From contig CAVPCQ010000020.1 of NCBI GenBank assembly GCA_963702425.1, forward strand, positions 64,001 to 128,000: a stretch of DNA of 64,000 nt. Direction: 5' to 3'. The stretch is from an uncultured Acidobacteriota bacterium (GTDB lineage Bacteria > Acidobacteriota > Polarisedimenticolia > J045). Under the pieces are notes generated by a model. The model saw only the letters and a list, made by a program, of their open reading frames with translations. It was not told the DNA's origin and ran no database searches. Within the stretch, counting starts at the first letter, position 1, and each line of letters opens with the position of its first letter. Below are positions 49,648-58,411 of the stretch, one piece after another. Both the position numbers and the translations under genes were made by a program.

Positions 49648-50535
49648 ATGAAGATCCTGATGGCTGACAGCTTCGACGAGTCGCTCCCGGGACGCCTGTC
49701 CGCGTTCGGGACGGTGAGCACCGACCTGAACGACCTCGCCGGCGCCGAAGTCCTGCTCGTGCGGTCCAAGACCAAGGTCACGCGCGAGCTGCTCGACAAG
49801 GCGCCGCAACTCAAGCTCGTGATCCGTGGCGGCGTCGGCCTCGACAACGTCGACATCGAGGCCTGCCGCGAACGCGGAATCGAGGTCCGCAACACGCCGC
49901 GCGCTTCGTCGGTCGCGGTGGCCGAGCTGGCGCTGGCGCTGATGCTCGCGGTCCCCAACCGGGTCGTTGAAGGACACGCGGGGATGAAGGCCGGCCAGTG
50001 GCTCAAGAAGGAACTCAAGCGCACCGAGCTCTTCGGCAAGACGCTGGGGCTCCTGGGCGTCGGGCTGATCGGGACCGAAGTGGCACGCCGCGCGCAGGCG
50101 TTCGGGATGAAGGTCGTCGCCCACGATCACTACGTCCCGCACCACGCCCTGGCCGAAATGCTCGACACCGAGGAGGACCTGTTCGCGGCCTCGGACTACC
50201 TCAGCATCCACCTGCCGCTGACCCCCGAAACCAAGGGAATGATCGACGCCCGCGCGATCTCGAGGATGAAGGACGGGGTCGTGATCGTGAACACCGCGCG
50301 CGGCAAGGTCGTGGTCGAGGAGGACCTGGCGGGAGCGCTCAAGACAGGCAAGGTCGGGGCCTACGCCACCGACGTCTGGGCCTCGGACCCGCCCGACACG
50401 GCGAGTCCGCTGCTCACGGCGCCGAACGTGCTGATGACCCCGCACATCGGGGCCTCGAGCAAGGAGAACCTGCTGCGGATCGGCGACGCGATCGTCGAGA
50501 TCCTGACCAAGAGGAAGCTGATGGCGGGCGCCTGA
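49648..50535 (+). CDS. serA: D-3-phosphoglycerate dehydrogenase, short form without ACT domain
   Basis: RGGVGLDNVD, GVGLIG, VNTARG, MTPHIGAS; next to serC; GGAGG SD. Confidence 0.82.
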   Translation: MKILMADSFDESLPGRLSAFGTVSTDLNDLAGAEVLLVRSKTKVTRELLDKAPQLKLVIRGGVGLDNVDIEACRERGIEVRNTPRASSVAVAELALALMLAVPNRVVEGHAGMKAGQWLKKELKRTELFGKTLGLLGVGLIGTEVARRAQAFGMKVVAHDHYVPHHALAEMLDTEEDLFAASDYLSIHLPLTPETKGMIDARAISRMKDGVVIVNTARGKVVVEEDLAGALKTGKVGAYATDVWASDPPDTASPLLTAPNVLMTPHIGASSKENLLRIGDAIVEILTKRKLMAGA

Positions 50536-50556
50536 GCCCGCCGACGGAGGAATCGC

Positions 50557-51654
50557 ATGGCTCGGGTCATCAACTTCTACGCCGGCCCCGCCGGCCTGCC
50601 GCTCCCGGCGCTGGAAAAGGCCCAGCGCGAGCTGCTCGACTTCGGCGGCGCCGGGATGTCGGTGATGGAGATCAGCCACCGCGCCAAGGAGTACGACGCG
50701 GTCCACACCGAGGCGCTCGCGCTGGTCAGGGAACTGCTCGCGGTCCCGGACAACTTCAAGATCCTGCTGATCCAGGGGGGCGGAAACCTGCAGTTCGGCA
50801 TGGTGCCGATGAACTTCGTCTACGGCGGCCGGGTCGGCGACTACATCGACACCGGGAACTGGGCGAAGAAGGCCTACAAGGAGGCCAGGATCGTCGTCGG
50901 CGACGCCGCCAAGCTGGCTGCGACGACCGAGACCGAGCAGTACGCCAGGCTGCCGCGGCCGGACGAGATCAAGCGCACGCCCGGCGCGGCCTACCTGCAC
51001 TTCTGCTCCAACAACACGATCGAAGGGACGCAGTGGCAGTCGTTCCCTGATGGGAACGGGGCGCCGCTCGTCTGCGACATGTCCTCCGACATCATGTGGC
51101 GGCCGATCGACGTCGCGCCGTTCGGCCTGATCTACGCCGGCGCGCAGAAGAACCTCGGGCCCTCCGGCGTGACGGTCGTGATCATCCGCGACGACTTCCT
51201 GGCGCAGGCGCAAACCGAGAAGCTCACGACCTACCTGCGTTACTCGATCCACGCCGAGAAGAACAGCCTCTACAACACGCCGCCCTGCTTCGGGATCTAC
51301 ATCCTGCGCAACGTGCTCGAGTACAACAAGTCGATCGGCGGCCTGCCGGAGATCGAGCGCCGCAACCGCGAGAAGGGGCGCCTGCTCTACGGCACGATCG
51401 ACAAGCACCCCGACTTCTTCCGGAGCACGGTCTCGGCGAAGGCCGACCGCTCGTTCATGAACGTCACCTTCCGGCTGCCGAGCGAGGAGCTGGACGCGAA
51501 GTTCGTGGCCGAGGCGAAGAAGGCCGGTATGGTCGGCCTCAAGGGGTACCGGACCGTCGGCGGGATCCGCGTCTCGACCTACAACGCCGTCTCGGTCGAC
51601 GACGTGAAGACGCTGGTCTCGTTCATGGAGGAGTTCCTCCGGACAAACGGCTAG
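50557..51654 (+). CDS. serC: Phosphoserine aminotransferase
   Basis: NFYAGPA, SVMEISHR, NNTIEGTQ, DMSSD, AGAQKNLGPSG, YNTPP. Confidence 0.96.
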   Translation: MARVINFYAGPAGLPLPALEKAQRELLDFGGAGMSVMEISHRAKEYDAVHTEALALVRELLAVPDNFKILLIQGGGNLQFGMVPMNFVYGGRVGDYIDTGNWAKKAYKEARIVVGDAAKLAATTETEQYARLPRPDEIKRTPGAAYLHFCSNNTIEGTQWQSFPDGNGAPLVCDMSSDIMWRPIDVAPFGLIYAGAQKNLGPSGVTVVIIRDDFLAQAQTEKLTTYLRYSIHAEKNSLYNTPPCFGIYILRNVLEYNKSIGGLPEIERRNREKGRLLYGTIDKHPDFFRSTVSAKADRSFMNVTFRLPSEELDAKFVAEAKKAGMVGLKGYRTVGGIRVSTYNAVSVDDVKTLVSFMEEFLRTNG

Positions 51655-52499
51655 GACGCCGCGAGGAGCGCGCCGTAGCCCTCGCGATAGGTCGGGAAGA
51701 GCAGGTGGAACCCCGAGGCGCGCAGCCGGCGGTTGCTGCAGCGCTTGGCGCTGCGTCCGCGCATCGGGTCGTCGGCCGCACCGTCCGGCTCGGGCGGGGG
51801 CGGGGCTACGCCCAGCCGCTCCGCGAGGAAGGCCAGCACGTCCGCCAGTTCGGCGGGCTCATCGTCGACGCCGATGTACAGTGGGTCCGGCGCGTCCAGC
51901 GCCAGGAGGTGCGCGATCGCGCGCGCCGCGTCGTCGCGGTGGATCCGGTTCGTCCACGAGCCCGGCGGGGGCCTGCGCGCGGTGCCTTCACGCACCCGGT
52001 CGATCCAGAGCGTTCGCCCCGGGCCGTAGATCCCGGCGAGGCGCAGCACGACCGCCGGGAACGGCCCGCCCAGGACAGCCTGCTCCCCTTCCACCATCAC
52101 CCGGCCTGAGAAGTCCACCGGAGCGGCGGGCGAGGCCTCGTCGACCCAGCTGCCGTCGCGCTGCGGAAAGACGCCGGTGCTCGACACGGAGAGTACCCGG
52201 TGCGGCGCTTGTCCCTGCTCCGCCAGTGCCGCGAGGAGATTCCGCGGACCGTCGAGGTAGGCCGCACGGTAGCAGGGCTCGGTGGGGCCGTTCGCGGCCG
52301 CGGCATAAACCACCGCGTCGAGCGCCGGCGGCAGGCCGCGCAGCGTGGCGCGGTCCGTGAGGTCTGCGGCAAACGGCTGGACGCCCGGGGGCAGACCCTC
52401 CGGGTGGCGCGACAGGCCCCACGCGGCGTGCCCCCCGGCGACGAGACGGAGGGCGAGTTCGCGGCCAACGTAGCCGCACCCCGCGATCAGGACGCGCAT
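51651..52499 (-). CDS. NAD-dependent epimerase/dehydratase (atypical SDR)
   Basis: IAGCGYVG, VSSTGV, RLAGIYGPGR, NRIHRDDAA, FPTYREG. Confidence 0.88.
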   Translation of the reverse strand: MRVLIAGCGYVGRELALRLVAGGHAAWGLSRHPEGLPPGVQPFAADLTDRATLRGLPPALDAVVYAAAANGPTEPCYRAAYLDGPRNLLAALAEQGQAPHRVLSVSSTGVFPQRDGSWVDEASPAAPVDFSGRVMVEGEQAVLGGPFPAVVLRLAGIYGPGRTLWIDRVREGTARRPPPGSWTNRIHRDDAARAIAHLLALDAPDPLYIGVDDEPAELADVLAFLAERLGVAPPPPEPDGAADDPMRGRSAKRCSNRRLRASGFHLLFPTYREGYGALLAAS

Positions 52500-52509
52500 G
52501 GATGCGAGT

Positions 52510-53166
52510 CTAGAACAGCTGCGGCGGCTCGCCGAGCAGCTCGCGCACCGGGGCGTAGCGTCGCCGGTGCTCGGGGCTCGGCCCCAGGCTGGCCAGCGCC
52601 GCGAGGTGATCCGCGGTGCCGTACCCCTTGTGCTGCGCGAACCCGTACCCCGGGTAGAGCAAATCGAGGTCCTGCATCATCTCGTCGCGGTGGACCTTGG
52701 CCAGGATGCTTGCCGCGGCGATGCAGAGGTGGCGGCGATCGCCGCCCACGACGGCCTGCTGCGGGATCGGGACGTCCGGCAGGCGCCGCGCGTCGATCAG
52801 CACGAAGTCGGCCGGCGGCGAAAGCGCGAGCACGGCCCGGGTCATCCCGCGCACCGCGGCGGTGAGCGGTCCGACCTCGTCGACCTCGGCCGCAGGGACG
52901 ACCGCGATGGCCCACGCCGCGGCGCGCAGCCGGATCTCCTTCGCCATCGCCTCCCGCTGGCGAGCGGTGAGGCGCTTGCTGTCGTCCACGCCGAGGAGTC
53001 CGACTCCGGAGCGCAGCACCACCGCCGCCGCGACGAGCGGACCGGCAAGCGGTCCCGCCCCCGCTTCGTCGGTACCAGCAATGAAGCGGTAGCCCTCGAG
53101 CCGCAACTCGCGCTCGCGGCGCAGCAGCTCATGATGATGGTCGTTCGGATCGGCCCGCTGAGACAT
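52510..53166 (-). CDS. rnhB: Ribonuclease HII
   Basis: GTDEAGAGPLAGP, DDSKRL, IAAASILAKV.RD, HKGYGT, HRRRY. Confidence 0.95.
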   Translation of the reverse strand: MSQRADPNDHHHELLRRERELRLEGYRFIAGTDEAGAGPLAGPLVAAAVVLRSGVGLLGVDDSKRLTARQREAMAKEIRLRAAAWAIAVVPAAEVDEVGPLTAAVRGMTRAVLALSPPADFVLIDARRLPDVPIPQQAVVGGDRRHLCIAAASILAKVHRDEMMQDLDLLYPGYGFAQHKGYGTADHLAALASLGPSPEHRRRYAPVRELLGEPPQLF

Positions 53167-53173
53167 GCGGGAG

Positions 53174-53224
53174 GATTCTATAATCCCCGCACCCCCGCCC
53201 GGGCCCTGTCACACACCTGTCACA
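53174..53224. promoter_or_regulatory. Divergent -10 elements plus Pho-box-like direct repeat
   Basis: GATTCTATAAT (TAGAAT minus, TATAAT plus) and CTGTCAC-ACAC-CTGTCAC at 53206-53223. Confidence 0.55.
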
Positions 53225-53257
53225 GAGCCCCGGTGCGGGCGGGGAGAGGCACCCCCC

Positions 53258-53923
53258 ATGGCGCCCGGTCGCGGGTTGTTCGTCACGCTGGAAGGGATCG
53301 AAGGGGCGGGCAAGTCGACCCAGGCCCGGCGGCTCGCCCGCGCCCTGGCGGCGACGGGCCACCCGGTCGTCGCGACGCGGGAACCGGGCGGCGGCACCGC
53401 CTTCGGCGAGGCGCTCCGCGCACTCCTGAAGGACCCCGCCGTCTGGCGGGAACTGGGACTGGCCGAGATCTATCTCTACGCCGCCGCGCGCTGTCATCAC
53501 CTCGAGTCGCTGATCCTGCCTGCGCTCGACCGCGGTGCGATCGTCGTCTGCGACCGCTACCTCGACTCCACCCGGGTCTACCAGGGGGTCGGTCGCGGCC
53601 GCTCGCCGGAGCTGATCGAGCAACTGCACGCGCTGCCGCCCCTCACCGAGCGGCCGGACCGCACGCTCCTGCTCGACGTGCCGGTCGAGGAGGGGCTCGC
53701 GCGTGCCCGGCAGCGGACCGAGGAGGCTCCCTCCGGCTACGACGGGGAGGACGTCCTCTTCTTCGCCCGCGTGCGCAGCGGATTCCTCGCGATCGCGTGC
53801 CGCGAGCCGGAGCGGGTTCGGGTCGTCGACGGGACCGGCACCGAGGACGCGGTCCACGCGCGCCTCGTGGCCGCGCTGGCCGACCTCGTGCCGGGGCTCC
53901 GTCCCGACTGGAGCGGGCCGTGA
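53258..53923 (+). CDS. tmk: Thymidylate kinase
   Basis: FVTLEGIEGAGKSTQ, TREPGG, CDRYLDST.VYQG. Confidence 0.95.
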   Translation: MAPGRGLFVTLEGIEGAGKSTQARRLARALAATGHPVVATREPGGGTAFGEALRALLKDPAVWRELGLAEIYLYAAARCHHLESLILPALDRGAIVVCDRYLDSTRVYQGVGRGRSPELIEQLHALPPLTERPDRTLLLDVPVEEGLARARQRTEEAPSGYDGEDVLFFARVRSGFLAIACREPERVRVVDGTGTEDAVHARLVAALADLVPGLRPDWSGP

Positions 53924-55005
53924 CCGACCGCGACACGCTGACCGCACCACCCCCGCTCGCACGCATCCTCGGGCAGACGGCCGCCACCGACGCGCTGGCG
54001 GCCCTCGCCGCGCTGGCCCACTCCGGCGACCCGGTCCCGCCGCTCCTGCTCTTCGGCCCGGAGGGGGTCGGCAAGCGCACCGCCGCGCTGGCCTTCGCGG
54101 CCGCCCTGGCCTGCCCGAACCGGGTCGGAACCGACCCCTGCGGGCACTGCGGACCGTGCCTGCGGATCGCCGCGGCCGAGGCCGTGACCGCGCTGCGCGA
54201 AGGGTCGACCGCGCAGGATGCCCCTCGCTCCTATCCCGACTCCGGCCTGGTCTCGATCCCCCGCGGGAAGACGCGGATCTCCGTGCTGCAGACCCGCGAC
54301 ATCGCGCTGTCGCTGTCGCTCCAGCCGTTCGAGCTGACGCGGCGGATCTACATCGTCGATCCGGCCGACGCGATGAGCGCCGGTGCCGCGAACGCGCTGC
54401 TGAAAGTGCTCGAGGAGCCGCCCCCCTACGGAGTGCTCCTGCTCGTCACGGCCGCGCCGTGGGCGCTGCCGATCACGGTCCGGTCGCGCCTGCGCCCGAT
54501 TCGCTTCCGGCCGCTGCCGGAGGCGATCGTCGAGCGGCTGCTCGTCGCCGAGGGGTCGTCGCCGGAGGACGCCGCGACGCGGGCGCGGCGCGCCGCGGGG
54601 AGCCTCGCCCGCGCCCGGGCGCTCGACCTCGACGGCGAGGCGAAGCGGCTCGAGGCCTGGGTGCAGATCCTCGAGCGGCTCGGCGCGCGGGCGCCCGCCC
54701 CGCCGCTGGCGGTGCTCGCCGGCGAGGCCTTCGGCGGCTCCCCGACCGAGGCGCTGGAGGGACTCGCCGTGCTGCTCGCCGCGCTGCGCGACGTCGCCGC
54801 GGCGCACGCGGGGGCCGCGCCACGAACACTCTCACCGGAGGCTGCGGCGGGGCTGGCCCCGGCCGCGACGACGCTGCTGGGGCCCGCGCTCGACCGCGCC
54901 AGCGCGGTCGAGACCCTGCGGCGCGAGATCGTGTCGATCAACCGCAACCCGCGGCTCGGCGTCGAGGGGGCGGTGCTGGCCCTCGCCGGCGCGCTGCGTC
55001 CCTGA
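53920..55005 (+). CDS. holB: DNA polymerase III subunit delta'
   Basis: LFGPEGVGKR, C..PCGHCGPC Zn site, ANALLKVLEEPP, TVRSR; follows tmk. Confidence 0.9.
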   Translation: MTDRDTLTAPPPLARILGQTAATDALAALAALAHSGDPVPPLLLFGPEGVGKRTAALAFAAALACPNRVGTDPCGHCGPCLRIAAAEAVTALREGSTAQDAPRSYPDSGLVSIPRGKTRISVLQTRDIALSLSLQPFELTRRIYIVDPADAMSAGAANALLKVLEEPPPYGVLLLVTAAPWALPITVRSRLRPIRFRPLPEAIVERLLVAEGSSPEDAATRARRAAGSLARARALDLDGEAKRLEAWVQILERLGARAPAPPLAVLAGEAFGGSPTEALEGLAVLLAALRDVAAAHAGAAPRTLSPEAAAGLAPAATTLLGPALDRASAVETLRREIVSINRNPRLGVEGAVLALAGALRP

Positions 55006-55030
55006 CCGTCGATCCAGGAGGAGCCACGAG

Positions 55031-55333
55031 ATGCCCGAGAAGCCCCCGGCACGGCGAGAGGCCCCGCAGCTCACGATCAAGATCAGCGAGGAGATGCAGC
55101 GCGGGGTCTACGCCAACCGCGTCGTGATCGGCCACACCCGCGACGAGTTCGTGTTCGATTTCATCGCCGAGCTGCCGCCGGGACCGGTCGTGGTCGCGCG
55201 CGTGATCACGTCCCCCTCGCACGCCGCCGCCCTGCTCGACGCGCTGGCCGAGAACGTCGCGCGTTACGAAAAGGACCACGGCACGATCCGACGCGGCCAG
55301 CCGCCGATGCCGCCGCCGCAGTTCAGCGCTTAG
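55031..55333 (+). CDS. DUF3467 family protein
   Basis: GVYAN..IGHT.DEFVFDF, ARVITSPSHA..L..AL.ENV..YE..HG.I; AGGAG SD. Confidence 0.85.
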   Translation: MPEKPPARREAPQLTIKISEEMQRGVYANRVVIGHTRDEFVFDFIAELPPGPVVVARVITSPSHAAALLDALAENVARYEKDHGTIRRGQPPMPPPQFSA

Positions 55334-55360
55334 CCGGGGGCGCCGCGCGCAGGTCGTCCG

Positions 55361-56968
55361 TCACCGGTGCTTCCCGCTCGCGGCGGGCAGTTCCATGCGG
55401 GCCGTCCCCGACGCGAGATCGACGACGAGCGTCCCCTTCGTCAGCACGTCGAGCCCGACGAAGGCGATCAGTCCCACTCCCGCGTGCCGCGCGCGGTCCG
55501 CGAGGTCGATCACGCCGACGTCCCTGAGCGGCACGTCGGCGCCGGCGACGAGGACGCGCACCGTCGCCACCTGCCCCGCGAACTCGACTTGTCCGCCATA
55601 GGCCGAGGCCGAGCGCTGGCCGCGCTGGGTCAATGCCGACAGCTCCTCTGCGGCCGACAGCTCGATCAGCGTGCGCGAAGCCCCGGTGTCGAGCAGCGCC
55701 AGTCCGTCGACCGCTCCGGCCGGGCCGACCAGGCGCGCCGGCACGAGCAGCTGCCCCTCGACCTCGACGATCGGGATCCGCGGCGCCGCGGGCCAAGGGT
55801 CGAGCGCCAGCGGATCGTCCCCATCTTCGACCGCCTCCGTCTCCTCGATCGAGGCCGTGTGCGTGGCGGCATCGAGCCGGATCCTCGTCCCGCCGAGAAC
55901 GTCGAACCCGACGATCGCGCGGTAGACCCCCTGCGGGTGCAGCGAACCCTCGGCGACGACGCCCAGCGCGTCGGCGAACCGCACCGGCCCGAAGTCGAGG
56001 TGCGGCACGATCGCGCGCTCGACGCCGTGCTCCTTGTCGCCGCCGCCCCCGACGAGCGTCCCGCTCGAGACCGGCTGCAGGTCGATCTTCTTCGCTGCGT
56101 TGTCCGCGAGATGCAGGCCGGACGCGCCGCTGTCGAACAGCGCCGGCACGCTCGCCTTCCCTCCCAGGCCGAGGCGGACGATCCAGCCGTTGACCTGGCC
56201 CGGCCGCGCGGTGTAAGGCTCGAGCGGCAGCGTCCCCGGCAGCTCGGCCTTCTCGAGCACCCAGATCGGGCGCTCGCCGAGCGTCGTGAGAAAGTCGAGC
56301 GTCTCCCGCGCCGCGCGGATCCGGTCGGGCGATTCGCCGCGCGCCGCGGCCGTGTCGAGGTAACGCGCAAGCAGCGATCGCGAGGCGGCGCGCGACTCGG
56401 CGATGCGGGAGAGCCCCAGGAGCGCCCCCACCTCCTGCGGGTCGAGCGCGAGCGCGCGCTCGAATGCCGCGCGCGCGGCGCGCGGGCGGAAGCGCGCGGA
56501 GAGTACGCGGCCGAGCGTGGTCCAGGCCAGTGCCGAGCGCTCGTCGAGCGCGAGTGCGGCGCGGGCCGAAACCCACGCGTCGCGCGGCCGGCCGCAGCGC
56601 CAGGAGAGCGAAGCGTGCCAGGCGAGCAGGTCGGCGTCGGTCGCCAGGACCGGCTCCAGCGCCACCCGGTCGGCGGCACCGCAGGCCCCGCGCCCGGTGC
56701 GGTGGAGCGCGTCGGCGAGCGCCAGGCCGTGCGCCGCGCAGTCCGGGTCCTCGTCGCGGGCCGCCTCGGCCGCGCGCCGCTCGAGGAGCGCCGTGCTCTC
56801 GCCGAGCCGGGCCGAGCCGGCTGCCGCGCAGCGCGCGGCGACGAGCGGCGGTCCCGGATCGGTCGGGAGCGGCGCGTCCGGCACTCGCTGGGCCGGTGCC
56901 GGACCGACCGCTGCGGCGACGAACAGCAGCAGCCCGACGGCGCGGCGCGCGACGGACGCGGCGATCAC
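55361..56968 (-). CDS. Secreted TPR protein with two retropepsin-like aspartyl protease domains
   Basis: Signal peptide, TPR-like ALALD repeats, ALFDSGAS...IVGFDVL and ALLDTGAS...VGLDVL. Confidence 0.82.
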   Translation of the reverse strand: MIAASVARRAVGLLLFVAAAVGPAPAQRVPDAPLPTDPGPPLVAARCAAAGSARLGESTALLERRAAEAARDEDPDCAAHGLALADALHRTGRGACGAADRVALEPVLATDADLLAWHASLSWRCGRPRDAWVSARAALALDERSALAWTTLGRVLSARFRPRAARAAFERALALDPQEVGALLGLSRIAESRAASRSLLARYLDTAAARGESPDRIRAARETLDFLTTLGERPIWVLEKAELPGTLPLEPYTARPGQVNGWIVRLGLGGKASVPALFDSGASGLHLADNAAKKIDLQPVSSGTLVGGGGDKEHGVERAIVPHLDFGPVRFADALGVVAEGSLHPQGVYRAIVGFDVLGGTRIRLDAATHTASIEETEAVEDGDDPLALDPWPAAPRIPIVEVEGQLLVPARLVGPAGAVDGLALLDTGASRTLIELSAAEELSALTQRGQRSASAYGGQVEFAGQVATVRVLVAGADVPLRDVGVIDLADRARHAGVGLIAFVGLDVLTKGTLVVDLASGTARMELPAASGKHR

Positions 56969-58347
56969 TCCGGCACCTCGCGCGGTACGAGCCGGACGAC
57001 CGCTTCCAGGTGCGGCGTCTGCGGAAAGAGGTCGACCGCTGCGATCTCGCCGGGCTCGAAGCCGGCGGCCGCGAACGCGCGGAGGTCGCGCGCCAGGGTC
57101 GCCGGGTGGCACGACACGAGCACCACGCGGCGCGGCCCCAGCGCCGCGATCGCGTGCGGCAGGTCGGGTCCGAGACCGGCGCGCGGCGGGTTGGCGGTCA
57201 CGGCGTCGAAGCGCTCGCCGGCCGCGGCCAGCGCGCGGGTGACCGCCTGCGCTTCGCCCGCCAGGAAGGTCACACCGTCCCGGCCGGCGCGCCGCGCGCT
57301 GCGCCGTGCGCGATCGACGGTCGCCGGGTGGCTCTCCACCCCCAGGACCTCGCACGGCGCGTCGACGCCGAGCAGTCCGATCGCCCCCACGCCGCAGAAG
57401 AGATCGAGCAGGCGGCCCGGCGGCGGCCCGGCGGGAGGTGCGAGCATGCTGCGTACGACATCGTAGAGCGCCTCGGCCGCCGACGGGTTGACCTGCAAGA
57501 AAGTCGTCGCACCCAGCTCCAGCTCGGCAGAGCCGATCCGTTCCAGCAGCTCGTCTCGCCCGGCGAGCAGCGTTTCGCGGCCGTCGTCAGGACCGGGAAC
57601 CCCCTCCACCCGCACGATCCCCGCCAGCTGCGGCTCCGTGGCGACCAGCTCGCGCGAGGCGCGCTCGAGCGCCCGCGCCTCGCCCGGCGGCCCGAACAGG
57701 ACGAGCAACCACTCGGCGGCGGCGAACGAGCCGCGGGCCTCGATCCGCAGCGGCCAGAAGCCGCCCCCCGGCGACAGTTCGTCGAGGCGCGCGACCAGGC
57801 GCTGCGCGAGTCGCGAGGCCGGCTCCGGCGCGAGACGGCAGTCGTCGACGGCGACGATCGCCCCCGCGACGCCGCGCGGATGGAACCCGATCGCGGCACC
57901 GTCCGCGCGCGATGAGATCGCGAAGCGCACGCGCCCCCGGTAGCGCAGCGCGCGCGGCGAGGGGATGACGCGCACGACCTCGGGAGCCGCGAGGCCGCCG
58001 ATCCGGCGCAAGGTCTGCTCGAGGTGCCGCACCTTGAGCGCCTGCTGCGCCTCGGGCGCGAGGACCATCAGGGGACAGCCACCGCACGCGGCCTGGAACG
58101 GGCACGGCGGTTCGACGCGCGCCGGGGACGGGCTGCGAAGGGCGACCAGCGCCGCCTCGACCACGCCGCGCCGGACACGGCCGACGCGCACCTCGGCGAG
58201 GTCGCCCGGCACCGCACCCGGGACGAAGACGACCCACCCGTCGGCGCGCGCCACGCCGGTCCCCTCCGAGGTCAGGTCCTCGATCGCGACGGTGAGGCGC
58301 GCGCCGGGACGCGGAGGAGGTGCGGAGCGAGCGGAGAGCGGACTCAT
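56965..58347 (-). CDS. rlmD: 23S rRNA m5U1939 methyltransferase (RlmD/TrmA family)
   Basis: TRAM domain, CPFQAACGGC Fe-S motif, FLQVN, DLFCGVG, NPPRAG, VSCHPATLARD, DLFPQTPHLE. Confidence 0.92.
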   Translation of the reverse strand: MSPLSARSAPPPRPGARLTVAIEDLTSEGTGVARADGWVVFVPGAVPGDLAEVRVGRVRRGVVEAALVALRSPSPARVEPPCPFQAACGGCPLMVLAPEAQQALKVRHLEQTLRRIGGLAAPEVVRVIPSPRALRYRGRVRFAISSRADGAAIGFHPRGVAGAIVAVDDCRLAPEPASRLAQRLVARLDELSPGGGFWPLRIEARGSFAAAEWLLVLFGPPGEARALERASRELVATEPQLAGIVRVEGVPGPDDGRETLLAGRDELLERIGSAELELGATTFLQVNPSAAEALYDVVRSMLAPPAGPPPGRLLDLFCGVGAIGLLGVDAPCEVLGVESHPATVDRARRSARRAGRDGVTFLAGEAQAVTRALAAAGERFDAVTANPPRAGLGPDLPHAIAALGPRRVVLVSCHPATLARDLRAFAAAGFEPGEIAAVDLFPQTPHLEAVVRLVPREVPE

Positions 58348-58411
58348 CGCGGAGGAGCATACCCCGCAAGCGAGGCGTTTTCTGGCAGACTCGACCGGAA
58401 GGAGTGCGGCG

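Noticed and set aside
52498-55005. 835-aa ORF suggesting a large N-terminal fusion to HolB (similar apparent extensions on truB, lpxA, lpxD, rlmD, nnr and the EF-G paralogue)
   Set aside because: The extensions overlap other real genes; true starts have SD sequences or stop-start overlaps further downstream
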